Source of the DNA: Candidatus Aenigmatarchaeota archaeon
GTDB lineage: Archaea > Aenigmatarchaeota > Aenigmatarchaeia > QMZP01 > QMZT01
Reading direction: 5' to 3'
NCBI GenBank assembly: GCA_043808015.1
Contig: JAZDFI010000029.1
Coordinates: 1 to 64,000 of the forward strand
DNA length: 64,000 bases
This document shows, in pieces, positions 9,684 to 18,900 of the stretch; position 1 is the stretch's first letter, and each line of letters starts with the position of its first letter. The position numbers were made by a program, and so were the translations under genes. The notes under the pieces were generated by a model. That model was given only the letters and a program-made list of their open reading frames with translations. It searched no databases and had not been told where the DNA came from.

Positions 9684-10460
9684 TCAGGCGCGCACGACAT
9701 CGAGCATTTTTTTGTGAATTTCGGGGTTGGCTGCCAGCACTCCCATTCTTTTCATTTCTATCGGTTTTCCGTCAGGCGACGTGACTTTCGTGCCTGCTTC
9801 CATGGCGATGAGCGACGACGCCGCGAAGTCCCATGGGCTGAGGACGTATTCCCAGTAGCCGTCGATACGCCCGCAAGCGACGTAACACATGTCGAGAGCG
9901 GCAGAGCCGTCCCTGCGCACGCCGTGGACATTTCTTGACAGGAAGTCGCCCATCTTTTCGAGCGTCTTGCGCATGATTTCCCCGCGCTCATAATAGAAGC
10001 CCGTCGTTAGAAGCGAGTCTTTTAACTCGACTGCTTTTGAGACGCGTATCCTTTTGCCGTTGAGATACGCTCCGTGGCCGGCGACTGCGTGGAACATTTC
10101 GTCCCTTATCGGATCATAAACCACGCCCAGCGATTGTACTCCATTCCTTACCAGCGCGATGGAAACGCAGAAGAAAGGGTAACCATGCGTGAAATTAGTC
10201 GTGCCGTCAAGCGGGTCGATTATCCACATGTTTTCTTCGTTTTCTATCTTGGTGCCTTCCTCGGCCATTATGCCATGACCGGGGAAACGATGCCTTATCA
10301 TCGATGTTATCAGCTTCTCCGAATTCTTGTCGACGTTTGTGACAAAGTCGATTTTCGATTTGAATGCGAGAATCCGCCTGTTACCGGTCTGGCTGAGGAT
10401 GAGTTTTCCAGCCTTTCTGGCGGTCTCCTGGGCGAAAACCAGCTCTTTATTTTGTTTCAT
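9684..10460 (-). CDS. suhB: Inositol monophosphatase family protein
   Basis: WIIDPLDGTTNF, GSAALD and WDFAA motifs. Confidence 0.93.
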   Translation of the reverse strand: MKQNKELVFAQETARKAGKLILSQTGNRRILAFKSKIDFVTNVDKNSEKLITSMIRHRFPGHGIMAEEGTKIENEENMWIIDPLDGTTNFTHGYPFFCVSIALVRNGVQSLGVVYDPIRDEMFHAVAGHGAYLNGKRIRVSKAVELKDSLLTTGFYYERGEIMRKTLEKMGDFLSRNVHGVRRDGSAALDMCYVACGRIDGYWEYVLSPWDFAASSLIAMEAGTKVTSPDGKPIEMKRMGVLAANPEIHKKMLDVVRA

Positions 10461-10758
10461 CTTCTATCCACCTGGTGAATTCTTTCGAGCCTCCGATAAT
10501 CGGAAGCGCTATAATCTCCGGGTTGGTGTATTGGTGCACGGCTTTGACTTTTTTTATCAGTTCGCGCAGGACGGCTTTCTTCGTCTTCACGACCAGCAGC
10601 GCCTCGTCTGCCGTGTGTATTTTGCCCGTCCACCAGAATTTAGATTTCAGTCCGGGAATTATGTTCACGCAAGCGGCCAGGCGCTCCCTGAGAAGCATGT
10701 CCGCTATGCGCTCGCCGTCTTCGACGCCCGGGCACGTTATCATCACAACAATATACAT
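10447..10758 (-). CDS. cutA: Divalent-cation tolerance protein CutA
   Basis: ERLAACVNI...FWWTG...HQYTNPEIIALPI. Confidence 0.92.
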   Translation of the reverse strand: MYIVVMITCPGVEDGERIADMLLRERLAACVNIIPGLKSKFWWTGKIHTADEALLVVKTKKAVLRELIKKVKAVHQYTNPEIIALPIIGGSKEFTRWIEDETK

Positions 10759-10768
10759 ACAACAACCT

Positions 10769-11449
10769 TCATTCTATGGACGTACCTGCGAAGCTCTTGC
10801 AGTTTATGGCTTTTTTCATGTTCTCCATGTTCCTGCCGTCCAGCAGTATGGCCTTTATCTTCGTCTTTTCGAGCAGCCGTGCAGCGACTGTGTCCATGAC
10901 GGTCAGGGGGCCAGCAACGTGCTTCTTGACCTTCACCATGCGGTAAAGGTCCTGGGTTTTTATCTTGCTTATCATCCTGGCGCTTTTATATTTTCTAGGA
11001 TCCTTGTCGTATACGCCTTTGACGTCAGTGCCTATTATTATCAGATTCGCCCTGAAGAACTGGGCCGCGGCCACTGCGACGGCGTTGGTCGTCTGGCCAG
11101 GCACGGTTCCTCCCATTACCACGACCTTGCCCGTCGAAATTCCATGCTCCAGCTCTTCCTTGTTTTTGACGATTTTCGGATATGCGTGCTTCCCCAGCGA
11201 CGCCATCACGACCATGGCATTCATGCGCGCGCCCAGAATGCCCATGGTGTCGAGCAGGCTCTCGGAAGGCTTAAGCGTCCGCGCCGAGCGTATGTAGTCC
11301 TTGGTCATCTTGCCGCCGCCGACTACGATGATTAAGGCATTTTTTCTTTTAAGTTCCAGCAGGAATTTTGAAAGCTTTTTGACGTAATTAATGTCCGGCA
11401 CGCCCTTCGGGCATATTATCGAGCCGCCTATTTTGAAAACTATGCGCAT
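10769..11449 (-). CDS. pyrH: UMP kinase
   Basis: KIGGS, VVGGG, GGTVPGQTTNAVA, DVKGVYDKDP. Confidence 0.92.
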   Translation of the reverse strand: MRIVFKIGGSIICPKGVPDINYVKKLSKFLLELKRKNALIIVVGGGKMTKDYIRSARTLKPSESLLDTMGILGARMNAMVVMASLGKHAYPKIVKNKEELEHGISTGKVVVMGGTVPGQTTNAVAVAAAQFFRANLIIIGTDVKGVYDKDPRKYKSARMISKIKTQDLYRMVKVKKHVAGPLTVMDTVAARLLEKTKIKAILLDGRNMENMKKAINCKSFAGTSIE

Positions 11450-11518
11450 ACCAACACCTCGCTAATAATATGGTTTCCTGATATTTATTTTTCAAAATCA
11501 GCACTAAAAGCAAAAGGT

Positions 11519-12043
11519 TTAAGCTTTTCTGAGGCCGCGCATTTTCTTGCCGGACGATGTAAGGCCCTTGAAAACCCTGCCGGCATGCTGCTTCTCGGTG
11601 ATCCACTTTCTCTCGCTGTCGCTCGCTATGACCGGGCTTTCAGGATCGACCAGTATGACTTCGAACCACTCGAACTGGCCGTCTTCTCCGACGAAATAAG
11701 AATTAAGTATCTCCATGTTGGGGAACTTCCTTGCAGCGCGTTCCTCGCCCATTATCTGGTTGGACTTGCCCGAAGAGAAGAAGCGTCCTCTCTTGCTGGG
11801 TCCGCGGCCGCCCGTGAATTTGGGGCGCTTTCGTTTACCCTTCATGACGCGCACTCTGGCGATGACGAAGCCCTGCTTGGCTTTGTAACCAAGCGTCCTG
11901 GCCCTATCGAGCCTGGTCGGCCCGGACAGTTTGGTGACTACATTCTCGTTTCTCCAGGCAATAATTCTTTCCTTCCACAGGCTGCCCAGATTCTGCCTCG
12001 GTTTCTTCCATAGCTGCTTCATGTTTCTGTTCATACCGACCAC
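11519..12043 (-). CDS. rpl15e: 50S ribosomal protein L15e
   Basis: PTRLDRARTLGYKAKQG; GLTSSGKKMRGL. Confidence 0.96.
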   Translation of the reverse strand: MVGMNRNMKQLWKKPRQNLGSLWKERIIAWRNENVVTKLSGPTRLDRARTLGYKAKQGFVIARVRVMKGKRKRPKFTGGRGPSKRGRFFSSGKSNQIMGEERAARKFPNMEILNSYFVGEDGQFEWFEVILVDPESPVIASDSERKWITEKQHAGRVFKGLTSSGKKMRGLRKA

Positions 12044-12138
12044 TGTAGGAATGATTTAGAATGATTAGATATTTAAACATATTTTGGCATGAAAGCTATA
12101 AAAACTTATACGGCCAATTCTATTTAAGAGGTGTAAAT

Positions 12139-12417
12139 ATGCACGCGATGGTAAAAATAATATTGGGACTTGTGCTTGTGCTGGTTGGTCTTGGGCTTTT
12201 CGTTGACTCGGTTTACCCCATAATGGGCGTAAAGGGAACGTTCGGGATAGACTGGCTTAGCAACTTCGTAACCGTGCTCACGGGAGTCATACCGATATTC
12301 CTGATACTCATCGGTCTGTTCATAGTGTGGCTTGAAGCCGATGAAATGAAGACCGCCAAGGAGTTCCAGGAGCCGGTTGAGGAAGTAAAGGAAGATAAGA
12401 AGCGCAAGAAAAAATAA
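12139..12417 (+). CDS. Small two-TM membrane protein
   Basis: ATG 12139 after GAGGTG SD; two hydrophobic segments and a charged tail. Confidence 0.65.
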   Translation: MHAMVKIILGLVLVLVGLGLFVDSVYPIMGVKGTFGIDWLSNFVTVLTGVIPIFLILIGLFIVWLEADEMKTAKEFQEPVEEVKEDKKRKKK

Positions 12418-12418
12418 G

Positions 12419-14140
12419 CTACAAATCGGTTCTCTGAACGATGGAATCCTTTATATCTACATTCTTGTCTTTTTTCCTGATTTTTTCCCCTATTTTTGAA
12501 CGCTGAACGATCGAATCTATAATGTTTATGGTCTCGCTGACCTCGATTTTCTGTATTTCAGTCGCTAGCGACATGGCTATGACTGTGTATTTGACTATGT
12601 CGGCAATCTTTTCTGATAGATTTTCAAGCTCTTCATCCTTGGATGAGTAGAGTTTGAAGGCGACGTGAACAAGACTATCGTCTTCTCGTAGCACGCAGGT
12701 AAGAAGGTAAGTGTCGCCGTCGCTGGACTCGCCGGAGAAAAGGTATAGCCTTTCATTGTCGAACTCATGCGACGCGACAGCCGCAAAATCCCTGCATTCC
12801 TCAAGGACGTGGCTCGAAACAGTCTTTATGTCCGTCCCTTTTAGTGTGTATCCTTTTATTGTCGACTGCAGGTCCGCCTTCATTTTCACGAACTCGTGCT
12901 CGCTTATTTCTTTCGGATGTATGAAGTTCTGCAGGAATCTTCTGAACTTCTGGGTATAATTGAGCTTGTCCATGTTCTCTTTGCTGGTCTGGCCGTTGCT
13001 AGCGGCTGTACGCGCCGTCTGCAGCGATTCCTCCAATACGAAAGGCTCGATATCCTTGATGAAATTCCTGCCGCGCAGGTCGTGGAAGCTTATCGCGGGC
13101 TTGAGCATCGTTTTGCCCGTGACCATCGGCAGTATCTTGAAAACGAAACCCTTCTCCTCGCCGGGGTTTATCTTTTCTATCTCGTAGCCGCTAACAGGGT
13201 CGACTTTTATTTCCACCGGGAAATTCATGACCAGGTTCACGTCGCTTATGGGTTGCCTTGAGTTGTTGGCCACGGAAACCACGAAATATGACTTTTTGCC
13301 GACTTCCAATCGCTCCCTAAGATACGGCCTCACATCGATGTTAGGGATGACGCACATTCTCGGCGGCTCTATCTCGCTTTCCATGCGCTCGCCCCTGGCG
13401 TTTTTCCATTCAACCTTCGAGTAAAACGGCTTCACGTTTTCGGATGACGTGACCATGTAACTGAGCGCTCTGGACTCGCCAGGCTTCATGGAAGCGACGC
13501 TTTCGAGAACGTTCGCCTTTACGCCAAGTATCCTTATATCACTGAGCGTCTCTTTCGTATCGTTTCTTAGTGCAAGCGTTACTTTGACTTTTTCGCCTTC
13601 CTTTACCACGTCGCTCTCGCAGGTATGGCTTATGCTGAGATGCGGGGCGATTCTGGCGATGTCATGTATCCTTTTTTCTATCTCCTCGCTGTATTCGATG
13701 TCGAGTGATTTCCTGTAATTTTTGATTGCCAAGTTGTAGTCGTTCATCTTCTCGGCCGCCTGCCCCATCAGGTTGTAGCACCACTGCACCGCATATAGCG
13801 AGCCTGCGCGTGTGAAATAGTCTATCGCCTTGGTTGCGAAGTTCATGGTGTTGTTGAAGTCATTGAAAGAGAACGAGTAAAACGCAGCGGACTTGTATGC
13901 CCAGCCCGTGTTGAAATCCTTGCCCAGCTTGAGGTTGCACTGCACCTCCTCAAGGCAGAAGTCGACGGCTCGTTTGTCGTTTACCGATTCAGCCAGCCTG
14001 GCGGCCTCCTGATAGACTTCGGCTGCTTCAGCGCACTTGCCCGACTTGGCCATTTTTTCCGCTTTTTTGGCCAGGCTTTCCACTTCTTTCGTCGTTTTTT
14101 TCACTTCTTTCGCGTTGGCATGGGGCTGTTGCTTGTCCAT
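12419..14140 (-). CDS. TPR/SNAP-like + two Ig-like + putative adaptin-appendage platform domain protein
   Basis: N-terminal helical repeats (AAEVYQEAA, YNLAIKNYRKSL); two Ig-like domains (VTLALRN..MKPGES; VSVANN..INPGEE); alpha/beta C-domain starting ISEHEFVKM; no signal peptide. Domain calls are inference. Confidence 0.6.
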   Translation of the reverse strand: MDKQQPHANAKEVKKTTKEVESLAKKAEKMAKSGKCAEAAEVYQEAARLAESVNDKRAVDFCLEEVQCNLKLGKDFNTGWAYKSAAFYSFSFNDFNNTMNFATKAIDYFTRAGSLYAVQWCYNLMGQAAEKMNDYNLAIKNYRKSLDIEYSEEIEKRIHDIARIAPHLSISHTCESDVVKEGEKVKVTLALRNDTKETLSDIRILGVKANVLESVASMKPGESRALSYMVTSSENVKPFYSKVEWKNARGERMESEIEPPRMCVIPNIDVRPYLRERLEVGKKSYFVVSVANNSRQPISDVNLVMNFPVEIKVDPVSGYEIEKINPGEEKGFVFKILPMVTGKTMLKPAISFHDLRGRNFIKDIEPFVLEESLQTARTAASNGQTSKENMDKLNYTQKFRRFLQNFIHPKEISEHEFVKMKADLQSTIKGYTLKGTDIKTVSSHVLEECRDFAAVASHEFDNERLYLFSGESSDGDTYLLTCVLREDDSLVHVAFKLYSSKDEELENLSEKIADIVKYTVIAMSLATEIQKIEVSETINIIDSIVQRSKIGEKIRKKDKNVDIKDSIVQRTDL

Positions 14141-14178
14141 AAGAAAAATTAAACGCTAAACTTTATAATGCCAGCGTC

Positions 14179-15279
14179 TCAGACGCTGATGTTTTCCTTC
14201 CAGTCATCGTATCTCTTTATCAGTTTCTGGCTCACGGTCTTCTTTATTTTTGAAAGCGCGTATGTAAAATCATCCTTAGTGAGCGGCCTGTATTTAATGG
14301 CGTATTTCTCCACCTGTGTCGCCGTCATATCTTCGAGATTCGGGTTCTGCTCGCGTATCATGAACATTATGGCCTCGCGGCATATGCTGGCTATGTCACG
14401 GCCGGAATAACCCTCGCTCATTTCTGCCAGTTCGTCGATGGTTATGCCTGACAGCGACGAGCCTTTAACGTGTATTTCGAATATCTTCCTTCTCGAATCG
14501 ACGTCCGGCAGCGGCACGTATATCTTTCTCTGGAACCTCGATATCATCGCGTCATCGAGATCCCATGGCCTGTTCGTGGCGGCCATTATTATGACCTTTT
14601 CGTCCTTCTTGGTCGAGAAGCCGTCTATCTCCACGAGCAGCTGGGATATGACCCTTCTCGTCGCTTCGTGGACGCCGGCTTCCCTGGTGATCATTATCGA
14701 GTCGAACTCGTCCATGAAAATAAGCGAGGGCTGGTTTTTTCTTGCCTTTTCGAAAAGCGCGCCTATGATCTTCTCAGATTCGCCATAATATTTGGAGAGG
14801 AGAGTCGATGTCTTCGCCTCGAAGAAGTTCGCCTTCAGCGTGTTGCTGGCCGCCTTGGCTAGCAGCGTTTTTCCGGTTCCCGGAGGCCCGTAAAGCAGTA
14901 TCGTGCGCGGCACCTCCACAAACGCCGGCTTGCCAGCAATCATGGGCAGGATTATCGACTCCCTTACCTCGCGCTTCGCTTCCTTTAGACCGCCTATGTC
15001 TTCCCACTTCGTCGTGGGCTTTTCGTAAACTATCATTTTGTCTATTGGCTGTTCGGACTTCTTTCGAGCGCTACTGACGCCCTCGAACTGGTCAGCAGAA
15101 TGGAACAGTGATGCAGCTTCGCCTCTGGGGGATATGTAAGCCAGGCGCCTGTAAATAGATGCGGCGACCTTGTAGTGTGTTGTCGCCTGCTTTGATTTAC
15201 CGTCCGCTTCAAGCTTCCTGGCGGTGTCCAGTTCGTGCTGGAGCTGCTGTTTCAAAAGCGACTCTCTCAGTTCGCCCAT
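14179..15279 (-). CDS. Vps4-like AAA+ ATPase with N-terminal MIT-like domain
   Basis: WEDIGGL, GPPGTGKT, SKYYGESEK pore loop, IFMDEFD, ATNRPWDLD, GYSGRDI, C-terminal YDDWKE helix; N-terminal ARKLEADG...A..HYKVAA helical bundle. Confidence 0.85.
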   Translation of the reverse strand: MGELRESLLKQQLQHELDTARKLEADGKSKQATTHYKVAASIYRRLAYISPRGEAASLFHSADQFEGVSSARKKSEQPIDKMIVYEKPTTKWEDIGGLKEAKREVRESIILPMIAGKPAFVEVPRTILLYGPPGTGKTLLAKAASNTLKANFFEAKTSTLLSKYYGESEKIIGALFEKARKNQPSLIFMDEFDSIMITREAGVHEATRRVISQLLVEIDGFSTKKDEKVIIMAATNRPWDLDDAMISRFQRKIYVPLPDVDSRRKIFEIHVKGSSLSGITIDELAEMSEGYSGRDIASICREAIMFMIREQNPNLEDMTATQVEKYAIKYRPLTKDDFTYALSKIKKTVSQKLIKRYDDWKENISV

Positions 15280-15298
15280 AAAACCACCAGAAAAAAAA

Positions 15299-15919
15299 TC
15301 ACTCTGTGTCCTCTTCCTTCTTTTCCTCTGTTATCGACTTCGCTTTCTCGCCGGCCATGCGCATCGCCGTCTCTTCATCCACCTTTTCCAGGTCGTTTAT
15401 GGCGTGCATGAGCTCCTGCGATTCCTCGTCGACGAGCATCTGCTGCTTGCCGAAGACCCGTTCCAGCTTTTCCTTCACCTTATCCAGACGGCCTTCTTCC
15501 AACGCTTCTCGTACATCGGTATCGGTAAGCACTTCGCTCAGCCTGTCCATGTCCGTGTCGAGAATTTCCTTCGCTATCGACGAAATTTTCTCGCTCTTCT
15601 CGCGCTGTTTCATGGCCTGGACAAGCAGTAGAAGCTGCAATTCGCGGAGAAAATGAGATGCTTCAATCTGCTTCGTGCGAGACTCGAGACTAAACGCCTT
15701 GATTTTCTGCACGTTAAGCATCTTGAGTGTATTGGGCTGGCCCTTCGACTCGAGCATGAGCTTCTGGATTTTTTCGGCAATACCCCTGAGGTCGTCGGAA
15801 ATCCTCTCTACTTCCTTTTCTATTTTGAGGCGTTCCTTGAGCAAATCATTGTCTTTTATGGAAAATATGTCCTTGCCGAATTTCGATTTGATGAATTTCT
15901 TGAAATCCACCGCTCTCAC
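15299..15919 (-). CDS. Snf7/ESCRT-III-like coiled-coil protein
   Basis: 206 aa, predicted all-helical, basic N-half and acidic C-half; directly upstream of the Vps4-like ATPase. Confidence 0.6.
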   Translation of the reverse strand: MRAVDFKKFIKSKFGKDIFSIKDNDLLKERLKIEKEVERISDDLRGIAEKIQKLMLESKGQPNTLKMLNVQKIKAFSLESRTKQIEASHFLRELQLLLLVQAMKQREKSEKISSIAKEILDTDMDRLSEVLTDTDVREALEEGRLDKVKEKLERVFGKQQMLVDEESQELMHAINDLEKVDEETAMRMAGEKAKSITEEKKEEDTE

Positions 15920-15955
15920 CTTGATATTTATTTTGACTGTTTTAAATATAAAGGT

Positions 15956-18900
15956 ATGAAGCGCGGTTTTCTGCTATCGCTCGACGCAATTGTGGCGATA
16001 ACTTTGTTGCTGTCGGTATCGACTTTTTTGGCGGGAATTTCGTTCACTTATTCGACGCCCGAGTTACGCTATCAGCGCTATTACTATGCCGGCAAGGATA
16101 TCGCCGCATTGTTTCAGGAAGCCAGAATCAGCTCGGTATCGGACGTCGTCAACCTGACCAAATACAACCTTACACAAGAAGAGATGAACAGGACCATTCT
16201 CGACGTTATCGGCTCTTTCTGGGCCGGCGGCAACATGAGTGTCGCTAGTAATCTGACAAGGGACATTTTCAGCGAAGTTTTAGGAAACACTGGTCTCAAC
16301 TACGAGGTTTCTTTCAACGACGAAACGATATATGCCAGCGACGACTCTTATTCGGATTTTGTGGCCAGGCTGTCGACTGTTGTATCAGGTTATGAAAAAA
16401 CGAAACCTGTCAACGGATATCTTGCGAAGGTTTACGTAACGAAAGTCTCGAAAACCAATTCGGAGTTCATATATTTCGGCGGCTACGAGGGCGACGGTAA
16501 CATAACAAAGGTCATCACGCTTCCTGTCGACGTCAACGTGACCGGCGCGTATCTTGAAATGAACGTCGGCAACAATTTTTTGCTTTACATCAATGGCCAG
16601 GCTGCAGGAACGTACGTCAAGAGCGCCGTAAATTTTTCGGCGGACAACTGGACCATATGTTCAAAAACGAATCCGTCATACTGCTCATACTTTGCGGCCG
16701 GCCAGAACATTATACAGCTGAACTTCACAACAAACCAGAGCACATACGTGGGCGGCGGCTATCTTAAGGTCACTTACAAAACCTCCGAGCTTACGGAATA
16801 CACGACCAGCGGCAATGCCAGTGATTACTATGAATTTCCCGGCATACGCGGCATTATCAACCTTTATTCGTCTTTCTACGTGCCGGGCACGCTTAAAAAC
16901 ATGAGTGCAAGATTGCATTACAACAACAACCTCAGCCTCAACAACCAGGGCGTGCCAGTCTATTTTGTTATTGGTTCAAAAGAAATATACAGGAGCAACG
17001 CCACAGGGGAGCATGTAATCGATATCCCTGAAAAAAACATATCCGATGCGTTCGGAGGAAAAGCGAATCTCACGGAAAAGCTCAGCAACGCGACCATACC
17101 CATACGCTTCGGCACGGATACCTTCGCCTTTACAAGCGGTGAGGGAACGAGCGACTCTATTCTAATAACAGACATTTCAGGCAGTATGGGCGGCTCCACG
17201 GCCTCATGTGACGTGCAGACTACCGCATGCGAGCACACGGACTGCAACACGGCCAGCGGCTGCCAGAACTACAGGATAGACGTGGCAAAGGACGTGGACA
17301 ACGATTTCGTGGATAACATCCTCAACTACACCGGCAACATGCTCGGCCTTATCAGCTACTCGACCACCGTATATGACAGCCACCCGCTGAGCAATGACAG
17401 CTCTTCACTCCATGCGGAAATAGACGGTTACACACCAACAGATTATACCTGCATATCATGCGGCATCCTCATAGCGACGGACATGCTCCTCGATGCGGCG
17501 GTAATAAATGAAACCATAAAACCGAATTCCACGTGGCTGTATAATGTCAGCTTCCCGTCAAGCGAGCCGCCCGTCGTGAACGGAAGCGAGTGGACATGGC
17601 AAAATTACAGCGATGATGGCTGGTCGTCCGGACAGTCAATACTTGGTTTCGAAAGTCCATCATATTTCCCCAACATAAACACGAACATAGGCAACAACGG
17701 CGGCAACTATTATTTCAGGAAGCACTTCAATTTCACCAAGGCGATGATAGACTCGGCGGACCTTTACGTGCTCTCAGACAACGCTGCCGAAATATACCTC
17801 AATGGCCATCTTGTTTACAACGATACGTCCGAGCACAACGCCAGATACTGGAACAACTACTACGATGTCCTTGATGAAAATTTCGAAAGCTACTATGCCA
17901 GTGGCGACAACAGGCTTTATTCTACCGAAATAAACCGCACGCCTGGCTACTGGATTGTAGACGGAACGCCAGACGCTGACAAGGAAGTGTTTATCATGGC
18001 CAACTACGCGGGTTACCCGGCTCATAAAGGGACGGACGTCATGGTCTTCAGGGACATGGACGCATACGGCTCGGTGGAAACGCATCTCAATCTCTCCGGA
18101 AAGGCGAACCTCACGCTTTCATACTGGTGGTCGCTGGGCGACGATGAACCGGACAGCGGGGAATATTCCAATATGCGCATATGGGACGGCAGCTGGCACA
18201 CCGTGAAAACTTACAATGCGAGTCACGTTTACGGCGACTATCACAAGGAAACGATAGACCTGAACGCATATAACATGGTAAACAACTTCACTGTAAGATT
18301 CGGCTCAAGGTCGAGCAGCGATACTGAGAGGTTTTATGTCGACGATGTCCGTATCGCTGGTTCGGCAACGCACATAGAAACATCATATTTCAATGACGGA
18401 GAAAACGTCGTTGCCGTGAGACTCAGGAACAACGACGCTGTCGCGGCGAAGTTCGACGCGGCGCTCAACATAACAATGAAGCGATACAAGGCGATGCTGG
18501 TGATGAGCGACGGGCTCGCCAACAGACCCCTGGGCGTCAATGCGACCGAAGACGCCGTGAGCAAGGCCTGCGATGCGAGAAGGCGCGACATCCAGACGTA
18601 CACGGTCGCCTTCGGCACACAGGCAGACGGAGAGACTCTCAAAAAAATAGCGTGCTGGAACTGCACCACAGGCTCATGGATTCCTAACTGTGACAGGTTC
18701 TATAACAGCACTGATGCCGAGGAGCTGCAGCAAATATACAGGTCAATCGCAAGAGATATTGCTAACGCCAGCTACGCCGGACAGCTTTTCAATTTCACGG
18801 GTAACGTATCCATGAACAACATCCTATACACGGACTCTTACATATATTTTGATTACACGCCGGTTGTCAGGACCCCCGAATACGGTGAGATAACCCTTAA

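Noticed and set aside
10475-11335. 286-aa plus-strand ORF
   Set aside because: Antisense shadow of cutA and pyrH with no motifs.
14179-15279. Cdc48 or PAN assignment for the AAA ATPase
   Set aside because: Single AAA module, no Cdc48 N-domain or PAN coiled-coil/OB region; the PWDLD motif and MIT-like N-terminus favour Vps4.
15653-15955. N-terminal 101-aa extension of the 1348-aa ORF
   Set aside because: It overlaps the ESCRT-III-like gene on the opposite strand; the class III signal begins at ATG 15956.
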